Shown here one piece after another: positions 27,326 to 37,251 of a stretch of DNA of 64,000 nucleotides. The stretch's first letter is position 1; every line of letters starts with the position of its first letter. The notes beneath the pieces are model-generated. The model did no database searches. It saw only the letters and a program-made list of their open reading frames with translations, and was not told where the DNA came from. This stretch comes from an uncultured Candidatus Micrarchaeota archaeon (GTDB taxonomy: Archaea > Micrarchaeota > Micrarchaeia > Anstonellales > Bilamarchaeaceae), in NCBI GenBank assembly GCA_963714085.1, contig OY970229.1:1088001-1152000 (forward strand), in the 5' to 3' direction. The translations under genes and the position numbers were made by a program.

Positions 27326-28420
27326 ATGGACATAGAGACCAAAATCGACCTCGTGAAGAGGAAGCCGACCGAGGAGGTCGTGACCGAGCAGGCGCTCAGG
27401 GAGATATTCGAGGCCTACGAGCATCCCAGGCACTACATCGGTTTCGAGATATCCGGGAAAGTGCATCTCGGGACCGGGCTCTGCACCATGCTGAAGATAA
27501 AGGACTTCCTGGAAGCCGGGATCAAGCCCACGATATGGCTAGCGGACTACCATACATGGATAAACGGCAAATTAGGCGGCGACCTGGAACGCATACAACG
27601 CATCGCAGAAGGCTATTTCAAGCACGCTTTCATCTCCCTGGGCCTCGAGGAGGGGAAAGTTGACTATCTGCTCGAAAGCAAGAAGTGCGACAACGACTAC
27701 TGGGCGGACGTGCTTCGCATCACGAAGGACACCACCATGAAAAGGATGCTGCGCTGCATCACTATAATGGGGAGGAAGGAGAGCGAGACGCTCTATAGCT
27801 CCTCAGTGGTCTATCCGGCCATGCAGGTCGCGGACATATTCATGCTTGACGTGCAAATCGCGCACGCAGGAATGGACCAGAGGAAGGTGCACATGCTCGC
27901 GCACGAGCTCGCGCCGAAGTTCGGGAACAGGAAGATTGCCTCTGTCCACCACCGCCTGCTGCCCGGGCTGCAGGGCGTCCAGAGGATGGACGCCTCAAAG
28001 CTGCAGGCGCAGTCGAAAGAGGAGCGCGTGGATGCGGAAATAGACATGAAGATGAGCAAGTCCGTCCCCGGAAGCGCAATATTCGTGCACGACAGCGAGG
28101 ATGAGATAAAGAAAAAAATCGGGGCCGCGTATTGCCCCGAGAAGGCCACGGAGGGGAACCCGGTGTTCGAGATGGCCGAGTACCTGATCCTGCGCGACAA
28201 GGCGATTAAGATAGAGCGCCCTGCGAAATTCGGCGGAGACCTGGAGATCCCGGATGCTGCGGCGCTAAAGAGCGTCTATTCAGAGGGTAAGCTGCACCCG
28301 ATGGACCTCAAGAACTCGGTCGCCAAAGAGCTGATCTCCGTGCTCGCGCCCTGCCGCGAGTACTTCGCGAAGAACAAGGAGTACCTGGAGCAGATCAGGG
28401 AAATCGAGATAACCCGCTGA
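27326..28420 (+). CDS. tyrS: tyrosine--tRNA ligase (archaeal)
   Basis: YIGFEISGKVHLG, YPAMQVADI, GMDQRK, KMSKS. Confidence 0.96.
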   Translation: MDIETKIDLVKRKPTEEVVTEQALREIFEAYEHPRHYIGFEISGKVHLGTGLCTMLKIKDFLEAGIKPTIWLADYHTWINGKLGGDLERIQRIAEGYFKHAFISLGLEEGKVDYLLESKKCDNDYWADVLRITKDTTMKRMLRCITIMGRKESETLYSSSVVYPAMQVADIFMLDVQIAHAGMDQRKVHMLAHELAPKFGNRKIASVHHRLLPGLQGVQRMDASKLQAQSKEERVDAEIDMKMSKSVPGSAIFVHDSEDEIKKKIGAAYCPEKATEGNPVFEMAEYLILRDKAIKIERPAKFGGDLEIPDAAALKSVYSEGKLHPMDLKNSVAKELISVLAPCREYFAKNKEYLEQIREIEITR

Positions 28421-28421
28421 G

Positions 28422-29144
28422 CTACTCGTCCGCCACGACTTCCAGCAGCCCGCCGATTATCGGGTCTATCTTGCCCTTCGCCTTCTCGGTCATGGCCACT
28501 ATCTCGTCGTGGATAAGAGGCGTCTTTGACACGCCGCACGCGTAGTTGGACACGATCGCCAGGCCGGCCATCGGTATCTCGACCTCGTGCGCGAGGATTA
28601 TCTCGTATCCCGCTGTCATGCTCACCAGGTTCGCGCCCATCTTCTTCAATGCGGCGACTTCCGCTTTGGTCTCGAACCTCGGGCCCTGGGTGGTCGCCAC
28701 GATTCCGCCCTCGGCGATCCTTATCTTCTCCGCGCTCGCTATCTCCCTCGTCCGCTCGCAGAGCTCGAAGTCGAAGGGCTCCGTGAAATCCGCGTGCTTT
28801 ATCCCGTTCGAGAAATCGTCGAAGAAGGTCACCGGAGTGTTGAACGCGATGAAGTCCTTGAGCATCACCAGGTCGTTCGGCTTGTATTTCGTTATCGCAC
28901 CGCAGGCGTAGGTGGCGAGTATCGCAGTCACGCCGAGCTTCTTGAGCGCGTAGACGTCCGCCCTATAGTTTATCCTGTGGGGCGGCAGCTCGTGCCCCTC
29001 CCCGTGCCTGGGTATGAAGTAGAGCTCCTCGTCCAGCACCTTCACACGATCCACGGTCGCATGGCCATAAGGAGTGATGACCTCCTCCTTCTCCAAGACC
29101 TTCCCCAATCCCAGATATCCGGTTCCACCTATCACGGCTAGCAT
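28422..29144 (-). CDS. MTAP-family purine nucleoside phosphorylase
   Basis: AVIGGTG, TPYG, PRHG..H..PPH.INY, GPRFET.AE, SMT motifs. Confidence 0.9.
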   Translation of the reverse strand: MLAVIGGTGYLGLGKVLEKEEVITPYGHATVDRVKVLDEELYFIPRHGEGHELPPHRINYRADVYALKKLGVTAILATYACGAITKYKPNDLVMLKDFIAFNTPVTFFDDFSNGIKHADFTEPFDFELCERTREIASAEKIRIAEGGIVATTQGPRFETKAEVAALKKMGANLVSMTAGYEIILAHEVEIPMAGLAIVSNYACGVSKTPLIHDEIVAMTEKAKGKIDPIIGGLLEVVADE

Positions 29145-29218
29145 GGGTATGCATGGGACTCTAAGATTTAAAGCATTAATTGCTAGGACCCCGGAACTCC
29201 ATCAAACCAAAGGTCGTC

Positions 29219-29788
29219 TTACACCAGAACATCTCTTATCATTTCAGTCAGCTTTTCCCGCACCCACCCAACCGTGACGTATCCGCTAAGGAGCACGTCG
29301 CACGCCACTGAGGCGGTTTCACGTTTTTCTATATTATGCACCCAGCCCTTCAGGGCCGCGTGCACGCAACCCAGGAGCTTCAGGCCGGCATACGCACCGA
29401 CCAGGCCCCCGACTATGAACCAGCCCGACGGGTGGCGCGGGTCGAATTTCGCCGTGTCATCCTGCCATAAATGTCCCAAGAACCCTCCAGCCGCAAAGGA
29501 TCCCACCACGGTAAACGCTGTTAAACAAAGGCTATCCCCTATCCCGGAGAACCACTCGATGAATCTTCTTCCAGGCGTGTCCGGCGCAGCCCTCACGCAC
29601 ATCACCATCTCCGGGATTCTAGCTTGCATGTCAAATGGTATGCTCCTTTCAGCCCCGTCCTTTTTACTGCGCGGAGCGCCATCCTCCGCGCCGAAGCACC
29701 GCTCGCCGAAGTACTTGTTGAATGTCGCCCTCGCCCTCTCCATGGTGGCTGGTCGCGCTCTGTAAATCAGTGGTCTTAAGTCATCCAT
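29219..29788 (-). CDS. hypothetical membrane protein
   Basis: Two predicted hydrophobic helices; TATA-like box upstream. Confidence 0.6.
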   Translation of the reverse strand: MDDLRPLIYRARPATMERARATFNKYFGERCFGAEDGAPRSKKDGAERSIPFDMQARIPEMVMCVRAAPDTPGRRFIEWFSGIGDSLCLTAFTVVGSFAAGGFLGHLWQDDTAKFDPRHPSGWFIVGGLVGAYAGLKLLGCVHAALKGWVHNIEKRETASVACDVLLSGYVTVGWVREKLTEMIRDVLV

Positions 29789-29899
29789 GAAATCTCCATC
29801 TGCTTATATAACGAAACACTTTATAACCTGTTTTGCCCCTGCCAGGGCAATCCAAAAACCGTATTAATATTGGCGATGTAATGCTCAACTGATGATTCC

Positions 29900-30601
29900 A
29901 TGGTTTCTCTTGACAAAGCGATAATCGCGTCCTACGACCGGGAGGGGAAGCATTTCGAGCTCTACGTCGACCCTGACGCGGCATATGCCTACCTGGAGGG
30001 CCAGAAGAAGGACCTCAAGAACATCCTCGTGGCAGAGGAGGTCTACGAGAACGCGAAGAAGGGCGAACGCGCGACGAGCGCGGCTGTGCAGAAGGCATTC
30101 GGCACCACGGACATAATGGGCGTCCTGGAGTTCATATTGAAGAACGGGGAGGTCCAGCTGACGACCGAGCAGAAGCGGAAGAAGCTGGAGGAGAGGAGGA
30201 AGCAGATCCTCGCCATACTGCTGCGCGAGTCCATAGACCCGCGCACCAACGCGCCCCACACGCTGATAAGGCTGGAGAACGCCTTCGAGGAGGCCAGGAT
30301 AACGGTGGACCCGTTCAAGGACGCCAGGGAGCAGCTCCCTGACGTCATCAAGAAGCTGCGGCCGCTGCTTCCGCTGAAGTTCGAGAAGGTGAGGGTCGCG
30401 GTGAAGATACCTGCCGCGTTCGCGCACCGAGCCTACGGCTCGCTCAAGGGCTGGGGCATGAAGCAGGAGGAGTGGGCCAAGAACGGCGACCTCATATGCG
30501 TGCTGGAGATTTTCGGCGGCGAGCAGGGCGACCTGTTCGACAAGCTCAACAAGATGACCGGCGGCCAGGTCGAGACCAAGATACTGGGCACCATGCAGTG
30601 A
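29900..30601 (+). CDS. ribosome maturation factor SBDS/Sdo1
   Basis: G.HFE..VDPD, KKGERA, AFGTTD, GEVQLT.EQ, IDPRT.APH. Confidence 0.95.
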   Translation: MVSLDKAIIASYDREGKHFELYVDPDAAYAYLEGQKKDLKNILVAEEVYENAKKGERATSAAVQKAFGTTDIMGVLEFILKNGEVQLTTEQKRKKLEERRKQILAILLRESIDPRTNAPHTLIRLENAFEEARITVDPFKDAREQLPDVIKKLRPLLPLKFEKVRVAVKIPAAFAHRAYGSLKGWGMKQEEWAKNGDLICVLEIFGGEQGDLFDKLNKMTGGQVETKILGTMQ

Positions 30602-30771
30602 GAGGGGCCTCTCTTAATCCATTTTAAATGTTTCCATGCTTAATCCCCCTGTTCAGAGAGACAGACAGTCGAAACACATTGCTATATTTTGACGTTGTGA
30701 ATTGAGCGGCGGTGCAGCTGCCCGACTATTTCGGTTCATGCCCCACCATGCCGCAAGACTAGGTGAATTTG

Positions 30772-31389
30772 ATGAATGGCAGGAAGATAATCCTTCCAGG
30801 CGAGAAGATAGCCGATGGGCGGGTCCAGGTGCCGGGTGCTTTCAATTCCGGCGAAGCGACCTACGCGTCAGTTGTCGGAATGCTGGACGAGGAGGGGAGA
30901 TTCATCCCCATGGAGAAGAAGTACAGGCCCGTCGTGGACGACGTGGTGATCGGCATGGTGACCGACGCCAGGCACGCGGGCTACGACGTGGAGCTCAACC
31001 TCCCGAACGTGGGGTTCATACCCGCGCGGGACATCCGGCTCAAGCTGGAGCTGGGCGATTTCGTCGTGTGCAAGATTCGCGAGGTCACGGAGACCGGAGA
31101 CATGGACCTCGCCGATGTGCGCAGGCTGCCCAGGGGGCAGATGGTCGTGTTCCCGCCGGCCAAGGTGCCGCGGCTCATAGGCAAGAAGCTCAGCATGATA
31201 AACATGATCAAGGAGAACGTCGGCGACATACTCGTAGGCAACAACGGCTATGTCTGGATCTCTGAGAAGGCGGACATCCCGCTGGCCATACGGGTAATCA
31301 GCATGATAGACGAGGGGGCGCATTTCTCAGGCCTCACGGACAGGATCGCGGCGTTTTTCGCCAAGGAAAAGCAGAACAAGGTGATATGA
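30772..31389 (+). CDS. rrp4: exosome RNA-binding protein Rrp4
   Basis: S1 + KH domains, KVPRLIGKK.SM, VGNNGYVWI, AHFSGLTD. Confidence 0.92.
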   Translation: MNGRKIILPGEKIADGRVQVPGAFNSGEATYASVVGMLDEEGRFIPMEKKYRPVVDDVVIGMVTDARHAGYDVELNLPNVGFIPARDIRLKLELGDFVVCKIREVTETGDMDLADVRRLPRGQMVVFPPAKVPRLIGKKLSMINMIKENVGDILVGNNGYVWISEKADIPLAIRVISMIDEGAHFSGLTDRIAAFFAKEKQNKVI

Positions 31390-32135
31390 TGGCAAGTTCG
31401 ACATCAGAAGTCAGGCTAGTCATAGACGGCAAGCGCTTGGACGGCAGGAGCGCCGAGGACCTCAGGGAGCTGCGCATAGAGACCGGCGTGCTCCACGAGG
31501 CGGACGGCTCCGCGTTCGTGGAATGGGGAGGGAACAAGATAATCTGCGGCGTATACGGGCCGAGGGAGTGCATCCCGAGGTTCGAGGCCAGCCCGTACCG
31601 GGCGCTGGTGAAATGCAGGTACATGATGTCCCCCTTCGCGTCGTTGGAGGAGCACAGCAGGTCCGGGCCGAGCAGGAGGAGCACAGAGCTCTCCAAGGTC
31701 ATACGGGAGGTCTTCGAGAACTTGGTCATAGCGGAGAAATTCCCGAACACCCAGATAGACATCTACATCGACGTGCTCCAGGCCGAAGGCGGCACGAGGA
31801 CAGCGTCCATAACCGCTGCGGCGGTGGCGCTGGCGAACGCGGGCATACCCATGAAGGACATGGTGGCCGCGGTCGCGGTCGGCAAGGCCGACGGTCATAT
31901 GCTGGTGGACCTGGGCAAGGCCGAGGACAACTTCGGACAGTCCGACACGCCCGTCGCATTCGCGTCGCGGACCAAGGACATACTCCTCATACAGATGGAC
32001 GGCATGCTAACAAGGGAGGAGATGGCGCAGGCGCTCGACATGGCTGAGCGCGCGGAATCGAAGATACACGCCGTGCAGGCGGACTCGCTGAAGAGGCACT
32101 ACGAGGAGGCCGGCGAGAAGAAATTCCTAATGTGA
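31386..32135 (+). CDS. rrp41: exosome complex exonuclease Rrp41
   Basis: RLDGR...LR, ADGSA, VYGPRE, RRSTELSKV, AEGGTR, ED..G..D.P. Confidence 0.95.
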   Translation: MMASSTSEVRLVIDGKRLDGRSAEDLRELRIETGVLHEADGSAFVEWGGNKIICGVYGPRECIPRFEASPYRALVKCRYMMSPFASLEEHSRSGPSRRSTELSKVIREVFENLVIAEKFPNTQIDIYIDVLQAEGGTRTASITAAAVALANAGIPMKDMVAAVAVGKADGHMLVDLGKAEDNFGQSDTPVAFASRTKDILLIQMDGMLTREEMAQALDMAERAESKIHAVQADSLKRHYEEAGEKKFLM

Positions 32136-32143
32136 AGGTGGTC

Positions 32144-32932
32144 ATGATGTCAGATGAACTCAAGGACATGGTTATGTCGCGCATCAGAAAGGACGTGATG
32201 CTCGGTACGCTGGCCAAGGGCACCAGATACGACGGCAGGCGGCTGGACGAATTCAGGCCCATATCCGTGCAGAAGGGCGCCCTCACGAGCGCAGACGGCT
32301 CGGCGCTGGCATGCATAGGGGGCACGAAGGTGCTGGCCTCGGTCAAGTTCGACGTGGCCACTCCGTTCGCGGACCGGCCGAACGAGGGGGTGCTGATCTC
32401 CAACGCGGAGCTGCTCCCCACGGCATCGCCGAGCTTCGAGCCCGGCCCGCCGGACGAGAACTCGATAGAGTTCGCGCGCATAGTGGACAGGGCGGTCAGG
32501 AGCGCGGAATGCGTGGACCTCAAGTCCCTCTTCATAAAGGAGGGCAAGGTGATGTCCCTGTTCCTGGACCTCTACGTCATGGACCACACGGGCAATTTCA
32601 TAGACGCCGGGACGCTCGCGGCATCCGCGGCTCTGAGCGATGCGAAGTTCCCCAAGCTCGAAGGCGAGAAGATAGTCCGCGGCGAGTACGTGGGGCCGCT
32701 AAAGCCCAGGGCGCTGCCCATCTCCACAACCTTGGTGAAGGTCGGGAAGACCTGGCTGGTGGACCCGACGCGCGAGGAGGAGCTGGTGCAGGACTGCAGG
32801 ATTACGATCGCAACCACGGAGTCGCACGTATGCGCGATCCAGAAGGGCAAGGGCAGCCTGACGAAGCAGGAGCTGCTGGACAACATCGACATAGCGTTTA
32901 AAAGAGGTAGCGAGATAAGAGCAATGCTGTAA
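32144..32932 (+). CDS. rrp42: exosome complex component Rrp42
   Basis: RYDGR...FR, ADGSA, FEPGPPDE.SIE.AR.VDR, DPT.EEE. Confidence 0.95.
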   Translation: MMSDELKDMVMSRIRKDVMLGTLAKGTRYDGRRLDEFRPISVQKGALTSADGSALACIGGTKVLASVKFDVATPFADRPNEGVLISNAELLPTASPSFEPGPPDENSIEFARIVDRAVRSAECVDLKSLFIKEGKVMSLFLDLYVMDHTGNFIDAGTLAASAALSDAKFPKLEGEKIVRGEYVGPLKPRALPISTTLVKVGKTWLVDPTREEELVQDCRITIATTESHVCAIQKGKGSLTKQELLDNIDIAFKRGSEIRAML

Positions 32933-32937
32933 GGTGA

Positions 32938-33177
32938 ATGGTAATGAGGACGCCTAAATATGGAGCGAGCATCAGGAAGCTGGTGGATGCCGCAGAGAAA
33001 TCCAAGAGGACCCGGTACGAGTGCCCGCGCTGCGGCAAGAAGAAGGTCGCGAGGAAGAGCAACGCGCTCTGGCAGTGCCGCTCGTGCAAGGCCGAGTTCG
33101 CAGGGGGCGCATACACGCTCAACACCGAGACCGGCGAGATAATGCTGCGTCTGGCCAAGGAATACGAGAAGTCGTGA
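32938..33177 (+). CDS. rpl37ae: 50S ribosomal protein L37Ae
   Basis: KYGASIRK, YECPRCG, WQC..C...FAGGAY. Confidence 0.95.
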   Translation: MVMRTPKYGASIRKLVDAAEKSKRTRYECPRCGKKKVARKSNALWQCRSCKAEFAGGAYTLNTETGEIMLRLAKEYEKS

Positions 33178-33186
33178 GGTTGTTAC

Positions 33187-33324
33187 ATGGGAGAATACAA
33201 AGACCTGAAAACCGGCGCAATAGTGGAAATCGACGACGAGAAGAGCTTCCAGTTCCCCTCGTCCGGCGCCAAGATGCTTCTCAAATCCAGGCCGCCCATA
33301 GCCAAGGAGTGCGGCACTGATTAG
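33187..33324 (+). CDS. rpo12: RNA polymerase subunit Rpo12 (P), cysteine-depleted
   Basis: Hand-translated MGEYKDLKTGAIVEIDDEKSFQFPSSGAKMLLKSRPPIAKECGTD*; canonical position between L37Ae and Brix; Y....G and P..G...L.K.RP pattern retained. Confidence 0.8.
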   Translation: MGEYKDLKTGAIVEIDDEKSFQFPSSGAKMLLKSRPPIAKECGTD

Positions 33325-33609
33325 ATGGCGCTACTGACGACCAGCAGATACGCGTCAGATGAGACGCGGAGGGCCGCGCGCGCGCTGGCCGCATCATCAG
33401 GCTCGCGCTTCGTGGCCCGCGGCAAGAAGACCATCGCGGAGCTAGCCGAGTTCGCGAGGCGGAACGGCGACGCGACCATAGGGGTTTTGGAGGAGAGGGG
33501 CGGGAAGCCCGCGTTCATATCATCGATGGAAGTGCTCGGGAGAGGCGGCTGGCGCTGGGCCGGCAGGAAGGAAGTTGGCCATGAAAGCGAAGGGAAGGAT
33601 CGAGGTTGA
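33325..33609 (+). CDS. short Brix-domain (Imp4-like) protein
   Basis: LTTSR..S..TR..A..LA, RGKK.I.EL, E..G.P; operon position. Confidence 0.75.
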   Translation: MALLTTSRYASDETRRAARALAASSGSRFVARGKKTIAELAEFARRNGDATIGVLEERGGKPAFISSMEVLGRGGWRWAGRKEVGHESEGKDRG

Positions 33610-33823
33610 GTTCGGTTCCGCGGCTTCGGCGAAATCGGCCGCTGCCGCTCTGGAGGGCGAGAAGGAATTCGGGCGCTCGGCATGCTCTGCCAGGCGTTCG
33701 GGCGCCTCGCTCAGCATAAGCATAGACGCCGAAGACGTGGTCGCGTTCCGGGCCGCTGCCAACAGCCTGCTCCGGAACCTCCAGGTTTTTGAATCTATCG
33801 AGAAGAATAATAATCATGCCTGA
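33581..33823 (+). CDS. pcc1: KEOPS complex subunit Pcc1
   Basis: Small alpha/beta protein with L.I.I.AED..A.RAA.NS.LR; operon position. Confidence 0.82.
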   Translation: MKAKGRIEVEFGSAASAKSAAAALEGEKEFGRSACSARRSGASLSISIDAEDVVAFRAAANSLLRNLQVFESIEKNNNHA

Positions 33824-33836
33824 AACGGGTGCGAAT

Positions 33837-34193
33837 ATGAAAAGAGATACCAAGATAGACCAGGACATACTCGAATACGAGAATCTGGAGAAGCAGCTAG
33901 AGGTCGTGCTGATCCAGAAGCACCAGCTACAGCTGCAGCTCAACGAGGTGAAGCACGCGGCCGAGGAGCTCAAGAAGGCCAAGGGCGCCATATACCGCTC
34001 CATAGGGTCCATCATGATGCTCAGCGACAGGACGGAAGCCGAGAAGGAGCTCAAAGACCGGCAGGAGCTGCTAGAGGTCAAGCTCAACGCGCAGGCCAAG
34101 CAGGAGGAGAAGCTCCGCGATTCGGTCATGTCCGCGCAGAAGTCGCTCCAGGAGCGGATGAAGGACTATGGCGCCGCCCAGCCCGGAGGATAA
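33837..34193 (+). CDS. pfdB: prefoldin subunit beta
   Basis: Coiled coil with central A.EEL....IYRSIGSIM hairpin; operon position. Confidence 0.9.
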   Translation: MKRDTKIDQDILEYENLEKQLEVVLIQKHQLQLQLNEVKHAAEELKKAKGAIYRSIGSIMMLSDRTEAEKELKDRQELLEVKLNAQAKQEEKLRDSVMSAQKSLQERMKDYGAAQPGG

Positions 34194-35142
34194 AGAGACC
34201 CTCAGGAATTTCCTCTCCGTCCACGGGAAATCCAGGCTGGTGGTGACGTCTCATCGGAAGACGGACGTGGACGGCCTGGCATCCGCCTACGCATTGCATC
34301 GCATCCTGCCCGGATCCATCATAGCCACGGACGAGCTCGACGAGAACGCGAAGGCGCTGATCGAACGGCTTGATATCGAAGTCAGGCCGATCAGGGAGCT
34401 GGACAGGAAGGATTACGCCGGCCTCGTCGTGGTGGACACCGCGGCGTACACGCTGCTCGAGCCCGCGAAGCAATGGAACATACTGCTTATCATAGACCAT
34501 CATCATCCCCAGGGCAGGGACATGAAGGCCGACGCCATCATAGTGGACGACAAGTCCCCGTCCACAGCCGAGATCATCGCCGCCCTGCTCCCTGAGATGG
34601 ACAAGGAGACCGCGTTCGCGCTGGCCTGCGCGGTGATATCCGACACCGCCCGCTTCAAGTCCGGGCGCGCCGAGACGTTCGAGACGCTGGCCAGGCTGAT
34701 GAGGATCTGCGGCGCCACCTATCACGAATTGCTCGAGATAGCCGAGCCCGAGGCGAGGCCGGACGTGAAGATGGCGATATTGAAGGCGTGCCAGCGGGTG
34801 AATGTCGTGTATTCCGGAGGCCTGGTGATTGCCACATCGGAGGTCAGCTCCAACGAATCGGACGCGGCGCAGGTGCTTTCCGAAGCCGCGGACGTGGCGT
34901 TCGTGGCCAGCTGGAAGGACCGCGAGCGCGAGACCCGCATATCCGCCAGGGCCCGCAAGTCGGTCTCCATAGAATTGAACGAAGTCATGAAGGACGTGGG
35001 GATATCTTTGGGGGGGAACGGCGGCGGGCATCCGAAGGCGGCGGGCGCGACGGTCAAGGTGCACACCAAGGAGGCCTTGGACCGATGCCTTGAATCCCTG
35101 ATGGCCAGGCTCGAGAACCCGGGCTGCGCTAGCGAACAGTGA
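34168..35142 (+). CDS. DHH family phosphoesterase (NrnA-like)
   Basis: SH...DVDG, VVVDT, IIDHH, SDTARF, GGGHPKAAG. Confidence 0.88.
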   Translation: MAPPSPEDKETLRNFLSVHGKSRLVVTSHRKTDVDGLASAYALHRILPGSIIATDELDENAKALIERLDIEVRPIRELDRKDYAGLVVVDTAAYTLLEPAKQWNILLIIDHHHPQGRDMKADAIIVDDKSPSTAEIIAALLPEMDKETAFALACAVISDTARFKSGRAETFETLARLMRICGATYHELLEIAEPEARPDVKMAILKACQRVNVVYSGGLVIATSEVSSNESDAAQVLSEAADVAFVASWKDRERETRISARARKSVSIELNEVMKDVGISLGGNGGGHPKAAGATVKVHTKEALDRCLESLMARLENPGCASEQ

Positions 35143-36427
35143 TCGTCTCTTCCCTGGCAGGCCCGTAGGAGACGTAGCGTATCGGGATTTTGAGCTCTTT
35201 TTCAACGAATGACAAGTAGTCCTGCATCTCTTTCGGGAGGTCTGCGCGCGTTTTCGTTTTTTTCCAGTCAAAGACCGGCCATCCCTTGAACGCCTTGTAC
35301 ACAGGCTTCATCTTCGCGAGCGCGTTTATGTCCGCGGGGAACTCGATAGTATGTTTCCCTCTCTCATTTTCATAGGCAATGCAGACCTTCAGCTCGTCCA
35401 TCCCGTCCAGGACGTCGAGCTTTATGAGCGCCAGCCCGTCCGTGCCGTTGAGCATCGCGCTGTAGCGCACTACGACGAGGTCGAGCCAGCCGCATCTCCT
35501 GGGCCTTCCGGTGGTGGTGCCGAACTCGCCTCCCTTCTGCCTTATCCTCTCTCCGGTCTCGTCCAGGAGCTCGGTGGGGAACGGGCCCGCTCCCACGCGC
35601 GTGGTGTAAGCCTTTGCAACGCCCACGACATTGCCTATCGCAGAGGGCGGTATGCCGGACCCGGTGCACGCGCCGCCAGCGGTCATATTCGAGGACGTGA
35701 CGTACGGGTAGGTGCCGTGGTCCACGTCGAGAAGCGCGCCCTGCGCGCCTTCGAGCAGCACTTTCTTGCCTTTCGCGAGCGCGCCATTTAGCAGGAAACG
35801 GGTGTCAGCGACATACGGGCGGACGGCTTTTGCCGCGGCGACGGTCTCGTCCGCGATCTTCGCGATATCCAGCACATCCCCTCCGAGCGCTTTGATGATC
35901 GAGTTCTTGACCGTTCCGATGCGCATGACCTTGGCCCGCAGCTCCTTCTCGTCCAGCAGCAGGTCCGCGACGCGCACCGCGGTCACCCTGGCCGCCTTGT
36001 CCGAGTAAGCCGGTCCTATGCCCTTTTTGGTGGTCCCTATGCCGCCCGTCCTCTCCTCCAGCCCGTCGAGCGCGACGTGCCAGGGCATTATGATGTGCGC
36101 GGATTCGCTTATCACCAGGTTCTTCATGGAGTAGCCCGCCGCCTCTATCTCCCCCAGCTCTTTGAGGAGCGTGCTGAGGTTCACGACCACCCCGTTCGCT
36201 ATCACCTTGGTCTTCTCAGGGTAGAAGACGCCGGAGGGCACCAGGTGGAGCTTGAATGTCCTCTCGCCGTGCCTTATGGTATGGCCGGCGTTGTCCCCCC
36301 CGTTGAACCTCACTACGTAATCGTGCTCCTGGGCCAGCATGTCCACTATCTTGCCCTTGGCCTCGTCCCCCCACTGCATCCCCACGACGACCGTGGCCTG
36401 GCTAACCCTCTCCTTTTCCATTGCCAT
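35129..36427 (-). CDS. purA: adenylosuccinate synthetase
   Basis: GMQWGDEAKGK, GG.NAGHT, GTTKKGIGPAY.DK, EGAQG, GTTTGRPRRCGW. Confidence 0.97.
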   Translation of the reverse strand: MAMEKERVSQATVVVGMQWGDEAKGKIVDMLAQEHDYVVRFNGGDNAGHTIRHGERTFKLHLVPSGVFYPEKTKVIANGVVVNLSTLLKELGEIEAAGYSMKNLVISESAHIIMPWHVALDGLEERTGGIGTTKKGIGPAYSDKAARVTAVRVADLLLDEKELRAKVMRIGTVKNSIIKALGGDVLDIAKIADETVAAAKAVRPYVADTRFLLNGALAKGKKVLLEGAQGALLDVDHGTYPYVTSSNMTAGGACTGSGIPPSAIGNVVGVAKAYTTRVGAGPFPTELLDETGERIRQKGGEFGTTTGRPRRCGWLDLVVVRYSAMLNGTDGLALIKLDVLDGMDELKVCIAYENERGKHTIEFPADINALAKMKPVYKAFKGWPVFDWKKTKTRADLPKEMQDYLSFVEKELKIPIRYVSYGPAREETITVR

Positions 36428-37157
36428 CAACCAGCCTTATGAATATCTCCCCGAAGAGAGAGTCCTGCCTGATGAGTATGACCTCTTTCTGGGTGAGATG
36501 GAGCACGGACATCAGCGCGTATATGAGCTCGAACCGGTCCTCCCTGTCCTCCAGCAGGCGCGAGAAGAGAGTCCATCCCTCCTCGTCCGTGCTGCCCCGT
36601 ATGCGCGCCATGGTGTGTTCCATCCTCTCCTCAATGTCCACGTCGTTGAGCTTGAGGTTCACTATCTCGTCTATGCCGCCTTTGGGCTTGTGGACGAGCC
36701 GGTCGTCGGATTCGTATTTTATTATGCCCTCCATCTCCTCCACGAGCTCGTCCAGCGTGATCTGGCGCCTCGGGGGTATCCTGGAGGACAGCGTGAGCTG
36801 CGGCACGTCCTCCATAGGCACGCCCGGCTCCTCGCCGACCACGTAGTCGCTCATCTGCTCCTGGTACTGGAGGAGCTTGAGGTATTCGGATTTGTACTTG
36901 AGCAGTATGGCCGCGGCGAGTATGACGTTCGCCTGCACGAGCAGGTCCAGCTCCTGCATCTCACGGACCTTCTTCAGGAAGGCGTCGGAGATCTCGGCGA
37001 TGTCTATGTTCCAGGGGTCCAGGCGACGGCTCTCTATGAGCTCGAGCAGTATGGTCTTCCAGGACGGCTTGGTCACCATGCTGTCTATGTCCAGCCTGTG
37101 GGCGCGCGGTTCCGTTCCCGGGCTGGCTGAGGACGTGACTTCTACAGCGGTCGCCAT
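36402..37157 (-). CDS. scpA: segregation/condensation protein A (kleisin)
   Basis: LDPWNIDI, AAILL..KS, TLDEL, LHL......I.Q...FGEI. Confidence 0.9.
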   Translation of the reverse strand: MATAVEVTSSASPGTEPRAHRLDIDSMVTKPSWKTILLELIESRRLDPWNIDIAEISDAFLKKVREMQELDLLVQANVILAAAILLKYKSEYLKLLQYQEQMSDYVVGEEPGVPMEDVPQLTLSSRIPPRRQITLDELVEEMEGIIKYESDDRLVHKPKGGIDEIVNLKLNDVDIEERMEHTMARIRGSTDEEGWTLFSRLLEDREDRFELIYALMSVLHLTQKEVILIRQDSLFGEIFIRLVDGNGKGEG

Positions 37158-37251
37158 GTCGTTATATCCGGAGGCGAGCAATAAATATCTATCCTTTTAA
37201 ATTCCCTACATCAATATCTGCCATATTGTTTTTGAGATGGAGGTCATTACA

